Origin: Felis catus
Taxonomy: Eukaryota
Direction: 5' to 3'
Assembly: GCF_018350175.1 (NCBI RefSeq)
Contig: NC_058382.1
Span: 57,848,001 to 57,912,000 of the forward strand
Length of the DNA: 64,000 nucleotides
The notes below the pieces were generated by a model. That model did not search any database, was not told where the DNA came from, and worked only from the letters and a program-made list of their open reading frames with translations. Of this stretch, positions 26,301-36,364 are shown in pieces (position 1 is the first letter of the stretch; every line of letters begins with the position of its first letter). A program made the translations under genes and the position numbers.

Positions 26301-29300
26301 TGACACTTTTTCAGAGACAGTCGCAGTAAATGTACCCATCGCTTACAAGACATAATCCGGGCTCAGCAGTGTAGAGCTGAGAAAATGTGCAGGGGGTCAC
26401 TTTGTCACCGCTGTGGTGTCTCTCCCCCAGGGAGGAGGAGAGCAAGCCCAAGGAGAAGCCGCACAAGACCGGTGAGTGCTCCCGGCGGGGGCCCGGGTGT
26501 GGCCACCACAGCGCCCCTGGTCCTGTGACCCGGCCACTGGGCATTAGCAGCCCCACCGAGTGGCCCGTGAATATCTGGGCCCCTTCCCCCCCCCCCCCCC
26601 CGGCAGCATATGATGCCGTGCGTGACCCCTGACTTCTCTCCACCCGGTCGGTCATTTCGTGTTGGACTTCTGGGGAAAACCTCTCTGGGGAGAGGACTCA
26701 GGAACCAAACTCCTCGTCCGGGAGGGTCCCCGAGGGGCTCGCCAACGCGTGGCTGCAGCCAGAGCCATGGTCGGCCTTTCTCACCCTGGCCTCCCGCCCC
26801 GCAGTGACCGTGTGCAGCCCGGAGGAAGAGAGGAAGGGGGAAAAGATCTATCTGTACACGCACCTGAAGCAGCAGCCCATCTGGTAAGGCCGCAGCCCCG
26901 GCACCGTCGTCTCCCCCAGAAACCGCGGTCACTGCCCGCCAGGGGGGCCCCAATCAAAAAGGCGAGCGGCGGCAGGTGTCCGTGAGGCCCTGGGGAGATC
27001 AGAACCCTCCTCCGGCGCCGGTGGGAGTGTAAACCGGGCCGCCTGCCGTGTAGAACGGCCTGGCAGTTCCCCAGAGTGTTACGCGTCGAGTCACCCAGTG
27101 AGCGACGGTGTGCTCAGAACAAGCCAAGACGGGTCCTCAAGGCAAACCTGACGCGCATGGGTGCGTGATAGCCGAAGGGTGGAGCGGGCCCAAATGTCCA
27201 CACGTGGACACGCGAAATGCGACACGCGGTATTCAGCCACGTAAAGAGTCGCTGGCAGGTGACAGCGTGGGGGAACCTGGAAAATAGTTAGCCCGGTGAA
27301 AAAGCCAGAGGGAAGAGACCAGCTGGTGTTTGATGCCGTTCATAGGAGACGGTTCAGTTAGGCACGTCCCCGGAGGCAGTGTAGGTGAGTAGGGGGAGGG
27401 GAGAGACTGCTCATGGGGACGGGGGTGCCGGACGGGGCGTGAAGAGTGTTCTGGAAGTGGATAGTGTCATGGTGGCACAACTCCAAATACACTAGAAACT
27501 GTGAAACTGTCTGCTTTAAAAGACTGAGTTCACGGTGTGTGACTTCTATCCCAGTGAAGCTATTTCCTCCGTACATATAGAGACAAAAGTCGTCATTACA
27601 ACGAGAGACCGGTGGTCAGGGGAAACCTTGCCCTCTGTCTTGCTCCGTTTGACCTCTCGTGCTGCTGTAGTCCCTCCGGAGCCTCCCCATCCCTGGGTTG
27701 TGTTCACTCACAAGCGGGCAGAGAGGCAGCACCTAGAGCCCTCGGGGTGTCCCACGCGCCCCTCCCTCGAAGACCGCCGTGTGGCCCCGGGAGAACTTGG
27801 CGCAGGAGCGTGGCCAGGTTCCGCGGAAGCAGGGAGAAGCTACCGGCCATGTCACACCTGTCCGGGGCTCCGTCGCGGGCCTTCTGGGCTGCGACTCGGC
27901 TGCTGCCTTATCACCTGCAGCGGGCTTGGCACCCCGTTCTAGAAGGGGCCAAGCGACAAAAATTTCAGGCTTTGCGGGCAAGTACTCAACTCCGCTGTTG
28001 CCGTGCAAAAGCCGCCACGGACAATGTGCCCGGGCGCGGCTGTGTTCCGGTAGAACCTGACTGACACCAACAGGGGCAGTGGCCGGGTTTGGCCCACACG
28101 CCCTACGTACGCGTGGTTCTTTAAGGAGAACGTTTCTGACTCGTGTGTCCCTGGGAACGTGTCTGTTCTCTGCACGTGGCCTGTCGGTGCCGGGTTCCCG
28201 TTTATGTTACTAGACCCTGGCCTAAGGCAGCAGATGCCCCCAAATGCCCCGCTTCCTCTGGGAGGCCCCGCGCGGGTGGACAAGTGGAAGACGGCCTTCG
28301 TCCGTGCCCCGCGGGTGGTAACTTCAGCTCTGGCCCGATGGATGCAGGATTCACCCGCCCGGCCGCCGTCCTGCCCACGCACCGCCTGCGTTGCGCCTTT
28401 GTCCTGGGAGAGGGGTGCAGGTGCTGTCGTGACCCTTGGCCGGAAGCCAGGAGCGCCACCTCGGTTTGGGACAGAGGCGGATGCTCGTGTTTTTTCTTCT
28501 CTGCTCCGCGTCTGAGGCTCATCGGAAACTCCCACAGATGCGGGACACTGCGTCCTTACCCCTCCCGTGTGCTGAGACCCGCCTCCCAGCCCTCCCCGGA
28601 GAGGACTTACGCACACCTCTGTCTCGCAGGCACACGCTGAGGTTCTGGAACGCGGCTTTCTTTGACGCTGTGCACTGTGAGAGGAGAAAACGGTCTCCCA
28701 CCACCAGGTAGGGCAACGCCTGGGCTCGCTTCGCCTTGGGGGAGAAGACCAGGGAGTGGCTCTATTTTCCGGTGTCTGAAGAGGAGAGCAGGATGGCTGA
28801 GTCCGTGGCGTCTGTGTCTCATTCAGCTCCTCCTGACCCCGGTGCCCTGCAAGCTGCCTGGAGGGTCCTGGGCACGCACAGCTTCGTGGGTGGGGGTCCG
28901 CAGCCTGCATGAGCGCTTTCTGCCCCGGGCTCTGGCATGACTTGCCCCGACCCTCCTAAAAACCGCCTACTCCCCCAGAATGAAACCATCGGGACCCCCC
29001 CCCCAGGCTCCACTCTGCCTGTCGCTGTAAGAAATCAGAATCCTGAGCGCGAACCGCGGCCACGGGCCTGTGGGGCGCAGGGCTGGCCGCCCCCGCCGCA
29101 GACTCTGCTCAGAGAGCTGAAGTCTGGAGACACAGCTGCCGCGTTCAGCTTGCACCTCTGGTCTGCAGCCCGAACAGACCTCCCCAGCGTCCCCGAGGGT
29201 GGTCTTGCCACGTCGGGAGACCCCTGTTGTAAACCATTCCACGGAGGCACCGAGGCCGGAGGTCACTGCCTCTCTGGCCACAGCGAGCCAACATTGCCCA

Positions 29301-32300
29301 CTGTGTGTGGCGGCTGGGCAGGAAAGTGCGGCGGAGCCCTCCCCGTCCCGTGTCCCCTTTTTGGCCCCCTCCCCCTCCCCAGTCATGGGACCCTGAAGCC
29401 CCTGAACCTCTCTAACCGGGGGAGACCCCCCCCCACCCCCAGTCACTCTCCCTGGCAGGAGGGAGCACGTGCGTGCCGTTTAAGACCGGTCCGCTAGCAG
29501 CCTTTCTTCTTGGGGGGCAGCTCACCTTGACGGGGCGGGGTGGCCTGCGGCGTGCTGCGGCTGCCTTTCCCGAGGGAGGCGGAGGGAGCACGCCGAGCGG
29601 GGAGATGCTGGAACCATCCGGGAGATTCTAGAGAGAGAATTCCACGCTCTGCCAGGAAGCCAGGCTGCAGGAAATGCTTAGATGCTTGTAGGCGGACGGG
29701 GTCTCCTCTTGCCGCTTGTGTAGCTGTCGGGCCCCCAGCGGACGAACGGTCTCGAGTACCCCGTCTCTCTGCGTCTCTCTGTTTCTGCCTGTAATAACGC
29801 TCCCCTTTCGCTGTTCTCTTTTTTCCATCCACATATCTTGCATGACTTTGACATGTTCCTCTGTTTACCTGTTTCTGCTGCCGCTCCAGAGGGGATGCTG
29901 GAGAGGAGGAGAAGAAGAGGTGTGTGTCCACGTGACTTTGTTCATGTTAACAGGGCCGGGGTCCCCGCCAGGGCCGCCTCAGGGCGGGAGCTGCCCGCTA
30001 GCTGCCGCGGGGGGCGGAGCCCAGACTCGGGGGCACGCCCGGCCCCGGGACAGGCCGGCGACGGGTGGGAGGTCGCAGAGGACAGAGCACCAGGAAGAGG
30101 AAACAGATAGGGCACTCGAGACCCCGGAAGGCCCGGGGTCGGTTCAGAGAGTGAGCCGCGAAGTCCGATTCTGTGCGACTCCAGCCTTGCCCTGGCCACT
30201 CGGCCCCTCCTAAGCCGCCCTCGAGCCCCGCGCCTTGACTTCACGCCGGGGAACCCGGTCCCGGCTCGAAGCCATGGATGGGTGAGGGGCGCCTGCCTCT
30301 CCGCGGCCAGGCGCCCAGGTGTGCAGGGGCCACCCCTGCCCCTGGGACAGGCTCGGGGGTCAGGGAGGGAGGACAGCCGCCCCCTCCTTCCCGGCCACCG
30401 TGTGGCATGGAGTCTGTGTGTGCGTGTGTGTGTGTGGGGGGGGGGTCCCTGAAGAGAAAGGCCTAGAACAGGGCTGCTTCCTTCGAGTCAGTGGGGTCTG
30501 ACTTTAATCGTTTGACCTTCGTATTTGTCAGAGATGTTTTGTAATATATTTACAAATATATTTGAAAGGCCTGCCTCTTCAAAATACGGTTTCTGATACA
30601 ATGATTGTTTCTTTGCTGGAAACTTCCCAAAGTGTGCTTCCTTTAATCAGTGATGTATTTTTAGTGCTTCTTGTTTTATGAGAAATCTTGTTTCTTGGGC
30701 AGCCTTATGATGGCTTTAAAAGAAGCACTTGGGCTTGGGATGCCCCCGTTAGGACAAAGCCCCCCGCATTCCCACAGTCTCTGTGGGTGGGGGCGCGACT
30801 AGCCACGGCCTCCCGAGGGCAAGGCTTCTTAGCACCGCGCCTGAGGCCCAGCAGGGCTGGAACATCCCGGCCACCTCCAGACTGGTCGGCACGGAGCCCA
30901 CAAGGGGATGCCGACCTCCGGGCCCCCTGGGCCCTCTCACCCAGAGCAGACGTGATCGGACCCGACGCATCTAGGACCTGTCCCCCGCCCCCACCACACA
31001 CACACACACGCCCCGGGCCTCGCCCGGACAAAGGGCGAGTGTTCCTTCGAGATCAGGGTGGGAGGGTGGGCTCTGGGTCCCTGGGCAACCTGCCGCCTCC
31101 AGCATTCCATCTGCTTTCTGGCTGATGATACTCCGAGGCGGAAAAGCCTCCTTTTCCAAAGGTGTCTGTTGCTCACCTCCAAATTCCCACTGTGGCAGTT
31201 TAGACACACGCTCTGCCCTCCGTGTGCTGTGAGACCTCGACCAGAACTGGGTGTTGAACTCCGTTGTAAGGAATTGGTTTGATTGCGGGCGTCACCTGAT
31301 GGGTGGATTGCTAATGACCTCCCACCTCTTTCTTCAGAGGTCAGATTAAATGTCCCACTTCTAGCCCTAGCCATGGCAAAAAGAATCACCTTTGCATCCA
31401 GGTCAGGAGGGTCAGAGCCCCTGAGTCATTCCTGCATGGTGTGGGGTTGTGCACTGCACAGCCTGTGCAACTGTACACGGCAGGCCTGATGGTGGAATGG
31501 GGATTTGTGGGCCTGGACAATCCTAAGGGTAACCACTGGAGGGAAAGGGTGGGAAGGAGAACGGGATGGGATGAGCATCATGCCTGGAAGCATATTCTGG
31601 GTTTCTTCATGGGCGTCCTGTCACCGGCACGAGGAGACGGGGAGTGACCCCGCCCCTCACGGCTCTCGTGCCCCTGATGTCCTGTGGCCTCCCACTAAGC
31701 CGCGGCGGCCGGAGTGGCCCTGGGCCCGGCGGGTGGGGAGCAGAGAAGATTCGATGTTCTTGGTTCTTTTGCTCTTCCTTTGGCTTCTCCATTGCCCCAC
31801 CCCTCACTCCCTCACTCCGCCTCTTCTCTCCCTCTCCTAACCTTGGTCGAGTCAGACTCCTCACCCAGAGCTTAAGTTTTAAGGGGAAATGGGCTTAAAC
31901 GCGCGTCTCCTCCACAGACGCATCTGCCCCTGCCGGCAGCCCGAGGGGCCGGGCACGGAGCGGTCCGTGCCGGGGCTGGACGGACCCCGGTGCCCTGGAG
32001 ACAGGGGCGCCCCGCCAGGGGAGGGGGAGACGGCACGCTGCAGAGAGCTGCTGGAGACGGCTCTCAGTCGCGACACAGGATTAATGCCGCCCAGAGAACC
32101 CCCTCCCCACCCCAGACGCTGTGCGGGCTGGTGTCTGTGCCCCCACACGGGACGGGCGGTTCCGTCCTCAGGCCTCCACGTGCGCAGCCACACGCACACT
32201 GCGTTACTCTCTCACTTGGTGCCGGAGGCCTAGCGCCTCTTCACGGTGGTCGTGGGGGACGGTGTGCGGGGGGCCCCTCGACAGACCGGGCTCTTATCTG

Positions 32301-34732
32301 TGTGCTCTGGGGAGGGGCATGGAGCCTAAACCTTGGCCACGCGGAAGCCAGGGCGGGGAAAGGCAGCAGCGCCAAGACCCCGCCTAACAGGGCAGCGTGG
32401 CCTTCGGCGCGTCCAGCCTCCCCTGCTCCCCGGGCCTCCTGGCCACGGGAGGCTGTGCGGACCCCACCAAAGAGCCAGGGAGGCCTGGAGACGTGGCTCC
32501 AGCCTGCGAGCCTCCCCGATGGGTTCTGTACGCCCGCTGTCCCGGGGCGCCGGTAGGGCCCTGTCCCCTCTGCCCATCTCTCTGCCTGTCGGATGGGCCC
32601 GGGACCTCCCATCCTTGAACCACGGACAAGGGTACGGGGGGTGGTGTTCTCGTCTCCTAGAGAACGTTCTGGGCGAGCACGAAGCACACGTCACCTCTGG
32701 GTCAGTAGAAAGCGTGTGAGCTTTGGGGTCTCCTCGTCCTGGGAAAGACGAGGCGATTAAGTGTGTGTTTGGGCTCCCCAGGCAGCGTGTCAGAACCCGG
32801 GCAGGCGTTGCGCGAACACAGAGCAAGCGGCTCTTTGGGGACGGGGCTCCCTGTCCGCGTCAGGGAGGCCGCGCTCGGGCTCCGGCAGCACCTGTAGACC
32901 AGGGCAGGGGGCGAGCGGCTGGGGATGCGACGGGGTCCTGAGACCCTCTCCTGTCACCTGTGCTTTCAGGGAGAAGTGGTGCCACATGACCCAGGAGGAG
33001 AGAAACGACAGCCTGCGCTTCAACGAGAACATCACCTTCGGGCAGCTGGGGTGAGGGCCCGGGACGGCCACCCCACCCGGGACCCCGGGGGGACCCTGAC
33101 TTGAGTGGGGGCGGGCGGGGCCGAGCTGGGCTTCTCTCCCGCGGGAAGACCCGTCCTTGTGGTGCCCAGCTGCGGTGACAAGGGGCCCCCAGAGGAGACG
33201 CTTGGCAGAGGGGGTGCCGTCCCCGACGGCGTCACGCCTCCGTGACACCACGTCGTCGTAGCTGCGTGTCCTCAAATGGCTCGAAAGCACACGACGCGTG
33301 ACATCGAGGCTGGATTCCGGTTCCTAGTGAACGCACCTCCTAACCCCGGTCTCGCGGTGAGGGTGTCGGCTGGCCGGGGACGCCACCGCTGAGTCTCGCT
33401 TCTAGCACCTTCGGGGGGGCTGCGCGTCGGGCCCCGGCTCCCCCTCCTCCCCGGGGAACAGGAAGGGTGCCAGCTCACGGGTGTTTCCCCCCAGCACGTT
33501 CACTCACAACATGCTGGCGTTCGGACTGAGCCAAAAGCTGTGCAGCGACTTCCTGAAGAAGCAGGCGGTGATCGGCAATCTGGACGAGGGTGAGCGGGGG
33601 CCGGAGGCGGGCGGGGGCGTCAGGTTTTAGGAGCAAACGCTCTGCCTGCTGGGAGTTTCCCACCCCGCTCAAAGCATTGCCGCTGTTTCAATTAGAAGTG
33701 TGCTAAACTGTCTGGCAGGTTCACCGGTCCTGTTCTCCTGTCTGTGCAGAGGCGTGGGACACTTGTCATTGCATAAGCAGGACTGGCCAGGGTGGGGTGG
33801 GGTGGGCTGGGGTCGGGGCAGGGGGGGGGCTTACCAGCTCAGTGTTTACGAACAGCGCCAAAGACCAAGATGTAACCTGGCGCTCGGACTCTGAACTTGA
33901 CCGTGGCCAAGCTCCGACCCTGAGTTGCCTCCCCTAAGCGGCCACCGTATGCCCGGTTTTGTTTCTTGAGCCACACTGCCACGAGAGGTATGGGGACAGG
34001 CGGAGAAGGCGGGGGCGGGTTTAGGGGGTCTCGAGGTTTCTCTAGAAGCTCTGACCTCTGTAACGAGAGAGGCTGCGTTACATGTCCGCTCCGCTAATCC
34101 ACTAGTGCAGACAGCCTCTGTGGGTCATCCCACCTGCTACCAAAACTTTCCCTTGTGGCCTAAAAAGTCTTCCACTTAAGTACTTACACGAATTTGGATT
34201 CACACGGTATTCTTTAAAACAAAAACAAAAACAAAAGCCCTCCATCCTGCACCAAATTAAAGGGGCCACAGAGGAGTGGCCTGAGGAGGCAGGAGAATGC
34301 CCGGTGCTTCCCCGGAACGTCCCGGAACGTTGTCATCAGCCCCACGGTGCTGGGCAAGCACACTGGCCCCTGCCCGCCAGGCAGCGCTGTGCGGTGGGTG
34401 GGACTCGGGCCTGGGTGCCCCGGTGCCGTTCGTCCAGCAGCACGGTGCCTTCCCCGGCCTCACGTCATCTCCGCGAGGAGAGGCGCCCGCTTCCCGAGAA
34501 GCCCCCTTCCAGGAGCCAGACGTGCAGCGTGCTGGCCGCCGAGGGCTCGGTGGCCCTGCCCGTCTTCAGAAGCCAGTGTTCGCCGTTCCTGGCGAGATCC
34601 TGCTCGGTCGATGAGGGGGGCAGGACCTCCCTGCCCGCGTCGACGTCTTTCTTCCGAGAATTAACGCTGTTTTCTTTTGCAGAGCAGTACAAGCTGCTGA
34701 GCGACCACATCGAGCAGATGACCGCTGAGTAG
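16981..34732 (+). CDS. KIAA0513: KIAA0513 orthologue, spliced CDS join(16981-17309,19565-19664,20946-21019,23806-23876,25458-25665,26431-26471,26805-26883,28630-28707,29890-29919,32970-33050,33495-33589,34683-34732); 1236 nt = 411 aa
   Basis: All introns are GT-AG with consistent phases. The translation [15 protein letters not shown]...[16 protein letters not shown] matches the KIAA0513 protein as recalled, and the neighbouring FAM92B/CIBAR2 fits the known synteny. Confidence 0.96.
17465..20542. mobile_element. Intronic Can-SINEs (17465-17665 minus, 18243-18440 plus, ~19935-20122 minus, ~20330-20542 minus)
   Basis: SINE consensus motifs. Confidence 0.85.
19565..19664 (+). CDS. KIAA0513: KIAA0513 coding exon 2
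   Basis: ttcctttcag| [33 protein letters not shown] |gtgagg. Confidence 0.95.
20946..21019 (+). CDS. KIAA0513: KIAA0513 coding exon 3
   Basis: gacag| [24 protein letters not shown](E) |gtaagt. Confidence 0.95.
23158..23340. mobile_element. MER5A-like hAT DNA transposon remnant (another at ~49215-49370)
   Basis: cagtggttctcaaagtg...catcagc...gttagaaacgcaagttct...ctctgggggtgggccca. Confidence 0.6.
23806..23876 (+). CDS. KIAA0513: KIAA0513 coding exon 4
   Basis: atcag| [23 protein letters not shown] |gtaagg. Confidence 0.95.
24836..25210 (+). repeat. Minisatellite, 75-bp unit (hierarchical ~37/~19-bp subunits), in a KIAA0513 intron
   Basis: CCTGTAGGGGGCGCC recurs at 24897, 24972, 25047, 25122 and 25159; the antisense ORF shows a 25-aa repeat. 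Confidence 0.95.
25458..25665 (+). CDS. KIAA0513: KIAA0513 coding exon 5
   Basis: cctccag| [23 protein letters not shown]...KGPLVRKP |gtaggt. Confidence 0.95.
26431..26471 (+). CDS. KIAA0513: KIAA0513 coding exon 6 (41 nt)
   Basis: tctcccccag| [13 protein letters not shown] |gtgagt. Confidence 0.92.
26805..26883 (+). CDS. KIAA0513: KIAA0513 coding exon 7
   Basis: ccccgcag| [25 protein letters not shown](W) |gtaagg. Confidence 0.94.
26955..27575 (+). mobile_element. Old L1 (L1M-type) 3'-end fragment
   Basis: gaaccctcc...ggtgggagtgtaaa...ggcagttcc...cccaaatgtcca...aacctggaaaa...gttctggaagtggatagtg. Confidence 0.6.
28630..28707 (+). CDS. KIAA0513: KIAA0513 coding exon 8
   Basis: tctcgcag| [25 protein letters not shown] |gtaggg. 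Confidence 0.95.
29890..29919 (+). CDS. KIAA0513: KIAA0513 30-nt frame-preserving microexon (coding exon 9)
   Basis: ccgctccag| (R)GDAGEEEKK(R) |gtgtgt; symmetric phase 2-2; brings the total to 411 aa. Confidence 0.85.
32970..33050 (+). CDS. KIAA0513: KIAA0513 coding exon 10
   Basis: tgctttcag| [26 protein letters not shown] |gtgagg. Confidence 0.95.
33495..33589 (+). CDS. KIAA0513: KIAA0513 coding exon 11
   Basis: tttccccccag| [31 protein letters not shown] |gtgagc. Confidence 0.95.
34683..34732 (+). CDS. KIAA0513: KIAA0513 last coding exon
   Basis: ttttcttttgcag| (E)[18 protein letters not shown]. Confidence 0.95.
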
Positions 34733-35797
34733 GCCACGGGAGGTCGCCCGAGGCACCCCCCCAGGAGGACTGAGGGTACCCGCCACTCTCCTGGGCCAGC
34801 GACTGGCTGTCACCCCACCCGATGACCCTGCATGACATCAGCAGCACCCAGAGCCACTCCACGCTGCTCTAGAACTAGCAGTTAGAAGAATCTGGTTGCC
34901 CGACCTCCCCACCCACCCTCTGCCTTGAATGCTCCCCCCACCCACATGCCAAAGCGTCCCTGGGGTTACATGGCTAAAACCAAGGTGACTGTCCGTACTC
35001 CTGAGTGTCAGGCCTGTGACATAGGACCAAGCGGACGAGCAGGAGAGAGAGAGGGTGGGGTGCACATGCGGATGCAGAGAAGGACCTCACGAGCTGGCCA
35101 GTGACCCCGGGCCGTCACTGGCGACCATCTGGGAGCCTTTTCTTCAGCAGTGGGACGGAGTAGGGGGTGCTCCCACAGTGGGGGGGCCGAGGGGGCCGTG
35201 GGTCTCTCAGGGCGGGCCAGGTGGGTCCGGGGCTCCCGCCGCCTCTCTGTCGGGTCCCCACCGTGTGACGGGAACTGGAGTCACAGGAAGCTCCAGGAGG
35301 AAAGAGACCCTTCCTGTTTTAGGGAGGGAGGGAGAGCGGCGCCAGGACCTTCTTCCCTGGCTGCGGGAGGCCCAGTCAGGGCTGTGGGCACCCTGGGGAC
35401 CTCGCAGGCTCTGCGCGGCTGTGTTAGAGCCACACCAGCACGGACGTGTCTGCAGCGTGCCTGCTCGGGCGACGGCTTCCTTCTGAAGCAGAGAAGGTTC
35501 TGCCTCTCGCTCCCTGGGGGAAGCATGGGCTGTGTGTCCCGTGAAGAGACCCAGAAAAGAGGTTTCTCTGGCGGCCGCGAGACCACCACGCTCTCCGAAA
35601 GCAGACAAAGACGATGGAGAAATCTGTGCCAGTGTTACCGACAGCCGGGCAGAGGCGGCGTCTGGTGGCAGGTGTGAGGCTCCTTAGCTCACACGCCGTG
35701 TGACCTGCAGACTCTGCAGCCGCCCCCTCATCTCCCATCTGGTGTCTGGGAACCACGGCTCTTCTCCCCGGGTTTGTGCCGGGCACAGCGGGGGAGT

Positions 35798-35900
35798 GAC
35801 TGACCCCTGCGAGGGGTGACCCGCGAGGGCTGACCCCTGATGGCAGGACTGACCCCTGATGGCAGGCGTCCCGCGAGGACTGACCCCTGATGGCAGGCGT
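35798..35900. repeat. Short imperfect tandem repeat (ctgacccctgatggcagg x3 plus degenerate copies)
   Basis: Read directly. Confidence 0.75.
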
Positions 35901-36310
35901 CCGGCCTGCGGCTCCCCCGGCGTGAAAGTGGCCATCAGTCTGGATCCCTCTGCCTCCGCCCGCCCCTCTTGGGCACTGACCTTGAAGTGGGCCTGGCGGG
36001 CTCTCTCCTTTCCCCATGTCCTCCCCTCCTGTGTCCCCCCCTCTACCTCCTCAACTCTCGGCCATTACCTTACGGTCTCCTCTCAAGCGCAGCAAATACA
36101 TGCCTGGTAGTCACCCACCCGGCCAGTGCCGGAACGCTTTCCCTCGTGGGATGCCTCCTTGGAATGTTCCAGAGACGAGCACGCGTCGTCTGAGCTGTAG
36201 CACGCGCATCTTGGGGATGACGGGAGAGGCGATGGGAGGCTTGGTACGATCTGAGCAACGTTGCCAGCCAAAGACCGGGTCCCGAAACCCAGTTCGTTTT
36301 TATGATGGCT

Positions 36311-36312
<2 letters not shown>

Positions 36313-36363
<51 letters not shown>
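36313..36363. repeat. (GT)n microsatellite in the KIAA0513 3'UTR
   Basis: About 25 GT units. Confidence 0.95.

Positions 36364-36364
<1 letters not shown>

Noticed and set aside
27939..28910. 323-aa minus-strand ORF
   Set aside because: Antisense to a KIAA0513 intron/exon, low-complexity Pro/Arg/Gly composition; expected in GC-rich, stop-poor DNA
33789..33830. G-quadruplex-like G-run cluster
   Set aside because: G-runs are ubiquitous in this window; nothing singles this one out
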